The notes under the pieces were generated by a model, which was not told the DNA's origin, searched no databases, and saw only the letters and a program-made list of their open reading frames with translations. From Lingula anatina (Eukaryota; Animalia; Brachiopoda), in contig CM120642.1 of assembly GCA_051362555.1 (NCBI GenBank), positions 33,852,001-33,916,000 on the forward strand: a stretch of 64,000 nt of DNA, in the 5' to 3' direction. This document shows, piece by piece, positions 51,895 to 63,061 of the stretch; the first letter of the stretch is position 1, and every line of letters begins with the position of its first letter. The position numbers and the translations under genes were made by a program.

Positions 51895-53034
51895 ATGGAA
51901 CTCACTGGTATCCCAACACCTTCCATGGACTGGAGTGCGTCTAATCTTCCTGAACAGTGGAAAAAATTTCACAGTCTCGTGGAACTCATTTTTAATGGGC
52001 CACTAAAGGAAAAGGAAGAAAAAGTGAAGGTGACTTATCTCTTGTTATGGATAGGAGACAAGGGGAGAGAAATAAAGTCAACTTGGACAAATCTGGACGA
52101 ACCAGACAAGCTGCAGTCATATTATGACCGTTTTAAAGCCCATGTGCAGCCGAAACTGAATCCCATCTTCGCGCGGTTCAAGTTTAACAATGAAACTCAA
52201 GGTGCATCTACCGTTGAACAATTTATTACTCGTTTGCGGACACTTGCTGTTGACTGTGCATACACAAATGCAGAAGAGATGATCCGAGACAGGATCGTAT
52301 TTGGTACCTCATCAGAGAAAGTGAGGGAAAAACTCATAAATGAAGGTGACAAGCTGACACTCGACAAAGCCGTGCAGATAGCCCAGTCGTACGAGTATTC
52401 AATGGAACAACTCAAGACAATGGGGAAAGAGGTCAGCAGCATTAAGAAACAACCTCCACGTACAGGCAACTGGAGACATGTGAACAGACAGAAGAAACAG
52501 CAAAAGCAGGACAGACATGAGTGTGACAATTGTGGCTACGAGCATGCCAAGACTGATAGATGTCCGGCTAAGGGTAAACAGTGTAATAACTGTAAGAAAT
52601 TCAATCACTTTGCTAAAAAATGTCGCAAAAGTATTGCTAAAAAACATGTTAATGAGTTGCAAGCTTTGCCAGTTCAGCCCGATTCTGATTCTGATTCAGA
52701 TTCACAATTTATTGTAGATAGTATTGACACGTCAGAGGGTTTAGATCAAGCATTTTGCCGTGTAGAAATTGGTCCAGCAAAGATCAATGTTAAGTTTAAG
52801 ATTGACACAGGTTCTCAAGTGAACATTTTACCCAAGCATGTGTTTGACTCAATAGGTCATGTAGACGACCTGAAACCTCCTAGTCAGAAGCTTACTGCTT
52901 ATAATGGTCACTCACTAAAAAACTTAGGGTCTGCAAATTTCACTTGTCAGTATAAGACAGGGGCGGATTTAGGCCGTCTTCTGGGTCTTCCGGAAGACGG
53001 TCAGATTTTCAAGTTTACATCGATGAGTATATAA
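51895..53034 (+). CDS. Gag + N-terminal aspartic protease, ending prematurely inside the inserted MITE
   Basis: Contains MIRDRIVFG, the double zinc knuckle CDNCGYEH..CPAKGKQCNNCKKFNHFAKKC, and protease motif FKIDTGSQV. Confidence 0.9.
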   Translation: MELTGIPTPSMDWSASNLPEQWKKFHSLVELIFNGPLKEKEEKVKVTYLLLWIGDKGREIKSTWTNLDEPDKLQSYYDRFKAHVQPKLNPIFARFKFNNETQGASTVEQFITRLRTLAVDCAYTNAEEMIRDRIVFGTSSEKVREKLINEGDKLTLDKAVQIAQSYEYSMEQLKTMGKEVSSIKKQPPRTGNWRHVNRQKKQQKQDRHECDNCGYEHAKTDRCPAKGKQCNNCKKFNHFAKKCRKSIAKKHVNELQALPVQPDSDSDSDSQFIVDSIDTSEGLDQAFCRVEIGPAKINVKFKIDTGSQVNILPKHVFDSIGHVDDLKPPSQKLTAYNGHSLKNLGSANFTCQYKTGADLGRLLGLPEDGQIFKFTSMSI

Positions 53035-53113
53035 TTTTTTCTGTCGGAAGACGGTCAAAAATGAAGGATGAATCAACAAAGATAATTTGGAAGACTGTCA
53101 GAAAAAATCTTAA
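52958..53113. mobile_element. MITE inserted in the Gypsy protease; right TIR truncated
   Basis: Starts CAGGGGCGGATTTAG and contains repeated GGAAGACGGTCA motifs. Removing 159 bp restores the frame ...CQYKKKSIGLLFHVVDTESSPILGL... Confidence 0.8.
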
Positions 53114-56097
53114 AGAAAAAGTCCATTGGCCTTCTGTTTCACGTCGTTGATACAGAATCTTCACCGATACTTGGTTTGAAAGCATGTATGGACTTGTGCC
53201 TGATTAAGTTAGTGTATGCTTGCGATGTAGATGCTGATGTGAAGCGAGAGCTGGTTGGAAAAAGAGATTCTAGTAAACCCAGCCAAAATCTGAACAAATC
53301 CGAGTTTGGTAAAGACCAAATATTGCATGAATACAAAGACGTATTCGAGGGTATAGGATTGTTCCCAGGTGAATGTGTAATTCACACTGATCCCGATGTA
53401 ATTCCTGTTGTTCACCCCCCTCGCAAAGTGCCGCATGCACTTCATGAAAAGCTCAAAAATGAACTTGAGCGTATGGAGAAGCTTGATGTGATTTGTAAAG
53501 TCACAGAGCCCACAGAATGGGTTAATTCTCTAGTGATTGTTGAGAAGCCTGAATCAAGCTCAGGTAAGGTACGCGTGTGCCTGGATCCCAAAGACCTAAA
53601 TAGAGCTATTTTGAGACCCCATTACCCCCCTAGAACATTAGAAGAAGTATTACCCCAGTTAGCAGGTGCTCAATACTTCAGTAAGTTGGATGCCAGGTCA
53701 GGGTATTGGACAATTAAACTATCCACAGAATCCTCATACCTTACGACGTTTAATACGCCATTTGGTAGATACAGATATCTGCGACTGCCTTTTGGTTTGA
53801 GATCGTCGCAGGATGAGTTTCAGAGAAGGGTAGACGAAAATTTTGAGGGTCTTGACGGTGTAATAGCCTTAGTAGATGACATCATAGTGTTTGGAAAAAA
53901 CAGAGAACAGCATGACCAGAATCTGCGTAATGTTTTACAAAGGTCACGTGAGTGTGGGATCAAACACAACAGAGAAAAAATGGAAATCGGCGTGACTAAA
54001 GTAAAATATTTTGGTCACATTATCACATCAAAAGGCTTAGAGCCTGACCCGGAAAAGGTCAAAGCAATTAGGGAGATGAAAGCCCCGACTAATAAGAAAG
54101 AGTTAGAGACTTTTCTGGGTATGGTGACATACCTTGCTAAATTTGCTCCCAACCTTTCAGAGATTACCACCCCCCTTCGCAAGTTACTTGCAAAAGACAT
54201 GATTTTTCATTGGATCGATGAGCATGAGAAAGCTCTCAATGAAGTAAAAGAGGTAATCACAGCGGCCCCAAGTCCTACGTTAACGTATTTTGACCCCAGC
54301 CAGGTCACTACCCTACAGACTGATGCCTCTAAGTATGGTTTAGGTGCTGCACTGTTGCAGGATGGAAAACCCATAGCTTATGCATCCAAAGCTCTCAATA
54401 CATCAGAAATCAACTATGCCCAAATAGAAAAAGAAATGTTTGGGATAGTTTTTGGGTGTAAAAGATTTCACCAATACGTTTATGGCCGTAAAGTAGTAGT
54501 GGAGACAGACCACAAACCTTTAATTCCTATATTCAAGAAGCCCTTGAATACAGCCCCTCCACGCTTGCAGAGAATGCTGTTACAATTACAGCGATACGAT
54601 CTGGAGGTAATTTACAAACCAGGTACACAGATACCGCTTGCAGACACATTGTCTCGCAATTTTGTAAAAGACACCTACCCAGAGCTCGCTAAAGGAATGG
54701 ATGCACACGTACATGCAGTGCTCTCAAAAATTCCTATTAGTGATAGAAAGTTAGACGAAATTCGTCAAGAAACTGAACAAACTGAACAGTTTCAGACTTT
54801 GCGCAAAACCGTTTTAAATGGTTGGCCTGTTAAAAGGAGTGATTGCCCCTCTGAGATTATAGAATTTTGGAATCACAGAGACGAATTGTCTTACATTGAT
54901 GGCCTACTGCTCAAAGGTCAAAAGGTTATCGTACCCCAGAAACTAAGGGTGAAAATGCTGCATTCTATACACACAGGTCACAAAGGAATAGAGAAATGCC
55001 AAAAACGAGCCAGATCAGCAATTTTTTGGCCAGGCATGTCAGGTGACATTAATGATTTTGTTTCCAAGTGCCCCATTTGTCTCATGCAGAGAAATAACAA
55101 CCCTAAACAACCTTTGCAGCCACACCCCATCCCTGATTACCCCTGGCAAACAGTTGCCACTGATTTGTTTACATGGGATGGAAAGGATTTTATAGTTGTA
55201 GTTGATTATTACAGTCGATACTTTGAGGTAGCTCAACTTACCTCTACTCAAAGTTATCAGGTAATCAGCAAATTAAAGGTTATATTTGCTAGATTTGGAA
55301 TCCCAGAAACTGTCTTTTCAGACAATGGTCCTCAGTACGCCTCTCAGGAGTTCACTGATTTCTCCAAGCAATATGATTTCAAACATGTGACCTCCAGCCC
55401 CAATTACCCTCAGTCCAACGGACTAGCTGAGAAATATGTCCAAATTGTAAAGAAACTGTTTGAAAAGTCAAAGTCTGATAAATCCGACCCTAATTTGGCC
55501 TTATTGGAATACAGGGTGTCCCCCCTTGACATCGGATACTCCCCAGCGCAGTTATTACAAGGACGGCAGTTGCGTTCTGTTTTACCTGCCACCAATCAAC
55601 AGTTGTGTCCCCAGTTCATTGATCCTGGAAAGGTCAAACATAAGATAGATTCAAGTCGTCAAAAGCAGAAGAAATTTTATGACCATGGTTCCCGACCCCT
55701 TCCCCCTATAACTGTAGGTGAGTCAGTCAGATTTCAGCGAAATGACAAGTTATGGAAACCTGCCAATGTCATTGATAAGGTGAATGAAAATTCATTTGTT
55801 TTACAAGCTCCTAATGGTGGTATATATCGACGTAACAGGCGTCATATTCTCAAAACAAAAGAGCCCAATGTTCCTCATGACACTGACCCACAAGTGCCTA
55901 TTTGCACTGAGAATCTGGTTAATAAATCCAGTGATCTTAAAATTCTAGCAGATCACCCAAAGCCTGCTGTAAATGCCCCAGTTAAGTCCCCAGTTAAAGT
56001 AAAATCAACTCCTCAGAAAGATGAATGTCATTCACCCCAGCCCTATGTAACACGAGCTGGCAGAGTTTGCAAACAAAAAATTATACAATCTATGTAA
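53113..56097 (+). CDS. Pol (protease C-terminus, RT, RNase H, integrase), same frame as gag
   Basis: Motifs: VRVCLDPKDLN, LDARSGYW, RLPFGL, LVDD, TDASKYGLGAAL, TDHKPL, integrase HHCC (HTGHKG..CPIC), SDNGPQY, SNGLAE. Confidence 0.95.
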   Translation, partial: KKKSIGLLFHVVDTESSPILGLKACMDLCLIKLVYACDVDADVKRELVGKRDSSKPSQNLNKSEFGKDQILHEYKDVFEGIGLFPGECVIHTDPDVIPVVHPPRKVPHALHEKLKNELERMEKLDVICKVTEPTEWVNSLVIVEKPESSSGKVRVCLDPKDLNRAILRPHYPPRTLEEVLPQLAGAQYFSKLDARSGYWTIKLSTESSYLTTFNTPFGRYRYLRLPFGLRSSQDEFQRRVDENFEGLDGVIALVDDIIVFGKNREQHDQNLRNVLQRSRECGIKHNREKMEIGVTKVKYFGHIITSKGLEPDPEKVKAIREMKAPTNKKELETFLGMVTYLAKFAPNLSEITTPLRKLLAKDMIFHWIDEHEKALNEVKEVITAAPSPTLTYFDPSQVTTLQTDASKYGLGAALLQDGKPIAYASKALNTSEINYAQIEKEMFGIVFGCKRFHQYVYGRKVVVETDHKPLIPIFKKPLNTAPPRLQRMLLQLQRYDLEVIYKPGTQIPLADTLSRNFVKDTYPELAKGMDAHVHAVLSKIPISDRKLDEIRQETEQTEQFQTLRKTVLNGWPVKRSDCPSEIIEFWNHRDELSYIDGLLLKGQKVIVPQKLRVKMLHSIHTGHKGIEKCQKRARSAIFWPGMSGDINDFVSKCPICLMQRNNNPKQPLQPHPIPDYPWQTVATDLFTWDGKDFIVVVDYYSRYFEVAQLTSTQSYQVISKLKVIFARFGIPETVFSDNGPQYASQEFTDFSKQYDFKHVTSSPNYPQSNGLAEKYVQIVKKLFEKSKSDKSDPNLALLEYRVSPLDIGYSPAQLLQGRQLRSVLPATNQQLCPQFIDPGKVKHKIDSSRQKQKKFYDHGSRPLPPITVGESVRFQRNDKLWKPANVIDKVNENSFVLQAPNGGIYRRNRRHILKTKEPNVPHDTDPQVPICTENLVNKSSDLKILADHPKPAVNAPVKSPVKVKSTPQKDECHSPQPYVTRAGRVCKQKIIQSM

Positions 56098-56301
56098 CTT
56101 TTGCAAAGTGATATATAAGACTTTATAGGAAAATACCCTTGGACAAAAGGATATGAACTTAAATATATCAAGAATTTTTCAATGACAATATATGTTCACT
56201 ATTGGATACACATATCTGACAGGCAGGACTAACAAGCACATATTGCCAGTGCAGGGATATTTCACCAAGACTATGACTGTTAACACCCAGGACATTTGAT
56301 T

Positions 56302-56314
56302 GAAGAAAGGGAGA
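56302..56314 (+). promoter_or_regulatory. Polypurine tract
   Basis: GAAGAAAGGGAGA directly before the 3' LTR. Confidence 0.88.
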
Positions 56315-56594
56315 TGTAACATTATCTTCTTGTTTTTTGGTAAATGTTATTAAAGTTCACAAGCTTCCATTAGTGGCATTCTTTGAATGACCCTTGGTCA
56401 CCTACAGATTACACTTGATGACAGTTCTCAGCCATTGTTAAAGTAAACAGGTGTTCCTCATACTTTTTAATGTACATGTATATACAAGCCTAGCACTTCA
56501 CAATAAACTTTCGTAGAAGTCAGACGCATTGTTGTTGTCTCTCTCCTGAATAGAGTCCAGCACGTTGGACTCTGTAAAGAGCCATCTTATTACA
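56315..56594 (+). repeat. 3' LTR
   Basis: Appears identical to the 5' LTR; followed by TSD AACCC. Confidence 0.97.
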
Positions 56595-57599
56595 AACCCA
56601 ATCTCTGGAGTTACAAGAGAGGAGAGAGAAAAAACTTCACATTAGGGGCAGGAAGAGGGTGTGTGTGTGTGGGGGGGGGGGATGGGGAGGGGGAGGTGGG
56701 GGGGAGGGGGAAAGGGTATTGTGGAATTTGTTACATATATCACCGCACCAGGCACTGATAAAGTCAGAAGACGGAATATTGGCCGGTAAAGTATCAGTTT
56801 ATCAGGAGAACTTTTATGGTTCTATAAATACTGCTTGGACAATTACAGTGCTGAATATATTGAATCTTAAATAATTAAAGTATCTGTACATCGCTGTGCA
56901 TGTGATAAGATGAGAAAAAGTTGATGCGGTTGACCTGCACGTCTTAACTGATGGGCAGCTGAGTGACTTCTGAGCATTGAAACTAAAAAGAAAAAAATGG
57001 CGGTCAGGAAAGTTTTGACCAATGAGTGATGCGTGCGTATCAATAATAAGAGTGATAAAAAACAAGAAATGAACACATGGAATTACTTAGTTATTATTGT
57101 TAATGAAAAAAACTAACATAATGTGTTAATATAATCAAAATTTATTTTAACAGTCTTCCAAATGAAAGTGAGATTAAACTTCAACAAAAGAAGTGTAAAA
57201 TAAGAAACATTGTAAGTCTAAACATTCATAAAACAAAGAAAAACATCAAACTAAAAGGGTTAAACTACTAAAGAATATAAAATAGATCTAATAAATTTTA
57301 GTACTAAGTAAAACTGTAACTTTCAAGCTTTCGGAAAGTTTCACAAAGGTATCAACACTGAGCAACGCACTACACGACAGAACGTCCTACACCACGAAAG
57401 GAGTTTAACAAAATAACGCAAAGCAAAGCTGTTATAAGTCACGTGAGTGAACGTAGGAAAAAATGACCCTGAAAACAAGCCATAATATGATATAAATTCA
57501 AATAAGCGTAATAAGTACAGGAATAAACGATTAATTAAATACACCCTTGATAATGGTTACATTATCTCGATTTTCCTCAAAAATCTTATCCCCGTTCTA

Positions 57600-57725
57600 C
57601 CCTCTACCAGGGCCGCAGTTATTATTGTGGACATTTTGGCTGAAGCGACCAAAATGACTGTCTATTTATCTAGAGACATATCTGTGAATATCTGTGGAAA
57701 ATCAATCTGTCGCCCTGGTAGAGGA
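57600..57725. mobile_element. Small MITE-like element
   Basis: TIR CCTCTACCAGGGC / GCCCTGGTAGAGG; TSD not clear. Confidence 0.5.
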
Positions 57726-58340
57726 TTTCCCCCTGCAGAGAGCGTGTAGAAGCGTACCTACCCGTGTTGAAGCATACCTACCCACTCAACATACAACCCC
57801 AGCAAATATAACGTGAAAAGTCCTGTAGATAGGCTACAGCACGATCTGCGGCATTGATATCAGGGATAATACAGCTTCTCCTCTATCTTGTCTTGCAAAG
57901 CCTGCTGACTGTTGAACTGGCCGCAGAGTTCAAAGGGCGTCGTCTTAAAGCAATTGGCTTAATTAGGAACACGTTTCCAACTGCGGCAACAAACCGCGAC
58001 GTGTAACAGCTATCAGCAACAAACAACAAAGTTTGCATCACACAACTATGGGCGTATATCTGGCGGAGCCGGCAGACTAAAACTATATGTACCTGGTGGT
58101 TCAAAATCCGATTTTCTTAATTTCCGATGGAGCCTTCATGATTACCAAAGACAATCAGTAAATTCGAAATAAAAATAAGTGCGTTAAACGGACAAGGCAG
58201 TAACGGGGACACGCAGATTCAGTGATCTATTCAGTAACACAGAGTCACAGATTTCTTTCACTAGATATTCACAAATATGTCTCTGGCTTATTTTTGACAC
58301 AATTGTCTACTGTGACCCTGTTGTCAAATCTCAAGGATAT

Positions 58341-58600
58341 TTTAAGGGACCATTCCCAGACCCTATCGTACTAACTGTGGATCGATCTATCTCCAAGGGG
58401 TTTCTCGCTAAATTGCAATCAACTTAAGCGGCTTAGATGTCTGGCACGCAAACTGAGGCTGTTAGGGGGTAATTAACTATCGTTTAACAGCTTCAGTAGG
58501 CATGCAAGACATCTAAGACGCTTAAGCTGAAAGCAATTTAGCGAGAAACTCCTTTGAGATGGATCGATCCTGTTAGATCGATCTAGGTGTGGAAACCCCA
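58341..58600. mobile_element. Palindromic MITE, related to 22137-22340
   Basis: Long hairpin GGATCGATCTATCTC..TTTCTCGCTAAATTGC..CTTAAGCG / CGCTTAAG..GCAATTTAGCGAGAAA..GAGATGGATCGATCC. Confidence 0.75.
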
Positions 58601-59411
58601 AGTTATTCAGTCTCACACAGTGTCTGTATATGAAAGCGAGCAATATCAACCTACGGTGTTTGAGGGTTCAGTCTACCACAGCAGTTTAAAATATTCATTC
58701 AACCACAGCAGCTGTGTGAATTTTCGAGTATTTCTTCTGGGTACAATTATGTGTCAATGGTAGGCCTACTTTATCGTCCGTATGATATTTGTAATGAACT
58801 CGGATAAAAAAAAATCCCGCTCGTTTTAAAGCTGTTTTAACTTTTTTTCATCATTGGCGCCAAATACAGCAGTAAACGAAGAGCAACTACCCCGTTATCT
58901 TGAAGCGCGTGAGTTTATTGAACACTGCCCACAATAAAGAATGGGATTGGTCTGTGAAATCCCACGTCCACATCCTGGCTGGAAGATACTCTATGAGGAC
59001 AGGGGACGATAGCAGCCACTTACAAAATTATTGTTTCCGATAAGGCCTCTAGAAAGTTTACAAAATTGAAGAGGAGGCCCCTGTGGGATCTCATCCAATC
59101 AAGCAACATGTCTACTCTCAAGCTACTACCCCGCCCCTACCCGCCTCTTTTCAATTCTGTATATTTTTATAGAGGCCCGTGTGATATCAAACGGTAAATG
59201 GAAAATATTGAATTGAACAGAAAAAAATACGAGCGTAATTCTGCAATGTTGGCATAATGATGACGAGAAATCAGAGCAAGATTTTAGTAAATTAAACAAA
59301 ATTAACTAAAGTGAGCCCCCACATATAAAATTCCCCTCCATGTTAAATCCCAATAAATTCGAATACTAATGCCATACCCATAAGACAAATCCACGTAGGT
59401 TAAAGGGAATT

Positions 59412-62400
59412 TCAAAGTGGGATTTTAATTTTCACTTTTCTTTTTGCACCTATTGTCTGATTATTTTTACCATCTTTGAAGTAAATGTCAAGCTTTATTT
59501 TAGGTCCTTTCCTCGACTTTTCTTCCGAAGAAGACCATTCACCCTGATGCTGGAATAAAGACTGCTTGTGGTAGATATGTTCCTTCTGAGTCATTGACAT
59601 TAGGAAATGGAGAATAAGCCAATCACAAGGTTGCTCGTCGTAAAATAAAATCAAGTACCTTGCAAGTTTCTCCAAGTCTTTGGACTTGAACAATTTCCCT
59701 ATGAATCCAAGAACTGAAAATTCTAAGCATATCCATGGAGTCTTGTCATTTGCTAAAATAAAGGCACGTATGTCTTCGAAGAATCCAAGAGCGGGAATCA
59801 CATCGTCTTCAATCTGAATATAGTATTCTGAAATATTTCTTCCGTACAGAAACATAAAAGCATAATCAATATTCTGTTTCGATCGCCATTTTACTTTCTC
59901 CAGAGAATTATTATAATTCCTTTTCAAATTTTCTAATGGGGGGTAGTTGTTTTCTGGAACTTGCATCACTAGAATAAATCCACTTTTGATGTAGTCATCA
60001 AATTTGGCGCTCATATTTTTCAAGACATTTTCATTGTATTGTGTATCAAAATTTGCCAGGAATACCAGTAATACAATGTTCTCTTTCTCACTTGCAGACG
60101 TCCTGTTTATTATGTAGGTAATCGTCTGCAACAAATACACAGTTCCCTTTAGTCGTTTGACAGACGGGATGCCAATGGTAAGGAAACCTAAAAGTTAGTT
60201 AATATTATATGTTTTACAATCTAATGGAGACAAAGGCATTTGAAAGCAAATATCCAATTTGACTGGACTGTCATAGTATAGAGGTCACGTAATCGATCAG
60301 TTTTCCTTTTAAAGAATGTAGCGTTTTTCCTTTGAAGTATTTGATTCAAACTTTAAAACTCAGCATTGACTCCAATTGTAAAACTTAATGCAAAGGTTTG
60401 AAACATTACGAACAAACTGAAAAGGGGTTGTATCTGTTTTACTTAAATCGTTTGGCATTCATATTATACATTTTTCTTTCCAAAGGTGTTGATTCGAAAA
60501 TAGATCTGATGCAAGGTGATGAGAGAGAGAGAGAGAAAGAGTGCAGGCCGAATGAAGGAAAAAGTAAAGTAGGAAAAGAGATACAGCTTAGCATTTTGTA
60601 CCTTTCTTCTGTCGGTGGTTCCCAAAAACAGACACATTCCTGAGTTCCAAATTATCCAATCGAGAACGCGTAGATGGACTTTGGCCCATACTTGTCTAAA
60701 AAGGAATCGTTTAATTTCTGAAAACTTTTGCAACAGTCGCACCAATAATAATACTTAAAGCAAATGGTTTTTATTTCATGGTCAGACATATTTGACCCTC
60801 AGACTAGTTAGTCCCCTATTCTGAATGGGGCCTGAGATAACCCAAAGGGCCCGATCTGACCACTCGGGATACAGTAGTAATATATACTAGTACTGCTAAA
60901 AAAAGTTAGGGTTATGCCCGGGTAAAATTGAGGTACTAGTGAAAAGATAGCATGCTTGCAATTATGGCGGTACGTCTTTGAGTAGTCATCGTGTGAGTTA
61001 CCCTGCAAAATCCTCGACTGACACATTCTCTAGTCATTGTTCCAACGCTGTGGTTTGTCACTTGAGGGAAAAAGGAGGGACATAAACTTATTGAATGCAG
61101 ACTTTGGTATACAAGACGCTGTTTGAAGACAAAAAGTAAGTCGTTCAATAACTTATAGGCCGAGTCAGCGGTTAACGGAGACATGGAGTTAGTCAACAGA
61201 CATACTGGCAGGTAAGTGCGAACTTGTGCCACAACCCCAGTTCAGGAACAATATATAGCGGTCATTAAATACATCGTGTGAGGACCAGGGTTTTACAGCA
61301 GAACAATGTAATGACTGGAGTTCTTCTTTAAAAGAAAAAAAAACAGGAATATTTTTCCGAGGCTTAGGTCACAGAGATGTCCTTCATGCCAGTGTAACCC
61401 CATCATCCCGAGGGAGAGAGGAGATTCTTTACTTAGCACCTTTTATGTAAGAAGTGTGGAAAAATTAGACTATTGGTTCAAGAAAGAAAAATGTGATAAA
61501 TTATATCGTGATTTAATGTAATTTTTAATTTTTTTTTAAAGATCATTGTCCTTTCAAGTTAAAAAAACATTGGCTTAACCCGATTTGAAGTTTGTACTCA
61601 TACATCATGCAGTATAATGACTTGAAGGGTAATGTTTTACATATGTATATTTTAAAAATTCCAACATCCATTATATCATATCACTAGCAGTAAACGCCTT
61701 GTTTTGAAAAATCTGCTCAATCCTGCAAATATTTCACATCCTAGAATTGCTTGACCTAACAGTGCACCTAAAGCTGCCGAATCGATTTATAATATGCTGC
61801 TAATTCCACGAAAGCGTGTAAGCGTTTTTCAGGGGTTAAGTCTTCTAAGAATTGACAAAATTCATAAAAAATGTTACCTGATTCTTTTCAATCGATAAAT
61901 ATCCAGTCAGATCTGAGGAGTAGGCTGAAATACGCAAAGTGAATGTTACATTAGATTTACATTGTTCCTTGAGAAACCATTGAATTGCATGTATATTATC
62001 TTTTAAGGAAGCAAATTGCTTGATTATAATGTGTCGCATACCAATGTGCCTCTAGTTTCAATATTAACAGAATTATAGATTCATGAATTAGTTCGTTTTT
62101 TTTAGCTAATTGCATACATACACAGGGGCAGATCCAGGATTATTTGAAGGGGGGTCCGGAACGACAGGCCTCGGATGCGAGGCCGAAATCGCCCCCTTGA
62201 TGTGGGATTTGGGGCCTGCTCAAGGGCCCCGGAATTTTTTTTGGTAATTTGGAGAACTAACAGTGCCCTTTGGAACTGTTTAGAACTATAATTTAGCTAG
62301 TCAAAATTCTAATTTCAAGAGGGGAATATCGGTGTGATATATTTTTCAGAAACCGAAAGGGGGGGGGGGGGGGGGGGGGTCAGGACTACCCTGACACCCC

Positions 62401-63061
62401 CCCCCCCCCCCCTCTAAATCCGCCAGTGCATAAAAACATATATGCTATATCAGGAATGGAAATAGTACCAATAACAAGAAACCAAGAAGAGAAAGTGGAA
62501 GTAGGGGGATAAAGATGCTACACTTTTCTTTAGGTATGGCACTTAAGGATTACACGCAAAAACAGTGAGAAATGAGAAGGTGAGGGAGATCCTAGGGAAG
62601 ACAAAGCTCGGTGACAAAACAAGGGGGTGGAGACTTCACTGCTGTGGGCATTTTAGACGGCGGGAAGAAAAATATGTGGGACAAAAAAAAAAATGCTGGG
62701 AATGAAACCACCAGGAGAGAGGAAACAAGGGAGGCCAGTGGAAAGATTTATGGATGCGATCAAAGGGGATATGCAAGAGACGGGAGTGGAAGATGACCAT
62801 GCGCGGAACCGGTGTGGGTGGAGACAGATAATCCGCCTTGGTGACCCCTGAAAAGGGACAGTCCCGAAAGATACAGAAGAAGGAGAAGAAGATCAAGACA
62901 TTCTGCATCCAAAGTAAAGCAAAGTTCGTCATAAACTCACCCTTCTGCGCCCCTTTACTCAGAACCTCCCTGTGAAATTTTTTGACTGTTACAAGATATA
63001 AACAGACTGCAAATAAAAATCCAACAGCAATTAAACGCTGTAATAGTATTAACCTTGCCAT
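59412..63061 (-). CDS. MGAT4C: MGAT4-family (GT54) beta-1,4-N-acetylglucosaminyltransferase, MGAT4C-like, about 345 aa
   Basis: Exons (-) 63061-62941, 61924-61878, 60695-60602, 60187-59412 are phase-compatible and total 1038 nt. There is an N-terminal type II TM helix. Motifs: FLTIGIPSVKR, YLLQT, KWRSKQNIDYAF, YYIQIEDDV, LEFSVLGFIGKLF, EQPCDWL, SLFQH. Confidence 0.88.
62123..62428 (+). mobile_element. MITE of the CAGGGGCGGATCC family, in MGAT4 intron 1
   Basis: Termini CAGGGGCAGATCCAGG ... CTAAATCCGCCAGTG; homologous to the copies at 24390-24595, 49535-49864 and the stub at 22662. Confidence 0.8.
62460..62892 (+). mobile_element. 3' end of an RTE-clade LINE
   Basis: Decayed frames NEKVRE..RLHCCGHFRRRE..PPGERKQGRPVERFMDAIKGDM..R..WRQIIRLGDP*, followed by a GAA-rich tail. 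Confidence 0.75.

Larger units (their letters stand above)
51539..56594 (+). mobile_element. Full-length Ty3/Gypsy LTR retrotransposon (Mag-like clade)
   Basis: 280-bp TG...CA LTRs, 5-bp TSD AACCC (51534-51538 and 56595-56599), PBS, PPT, and gag-PR-RT-RNaseH-IN order. Confidence 0.97.

Noticed and set aside
52958-53113. Programmed frameshift, readthrough or intron between gag and pol
   Set aside because: Gag and pol are in the same frame. The gap has three stops, no GT donor at its boundary and a MITE terminus, so it is an insertion.
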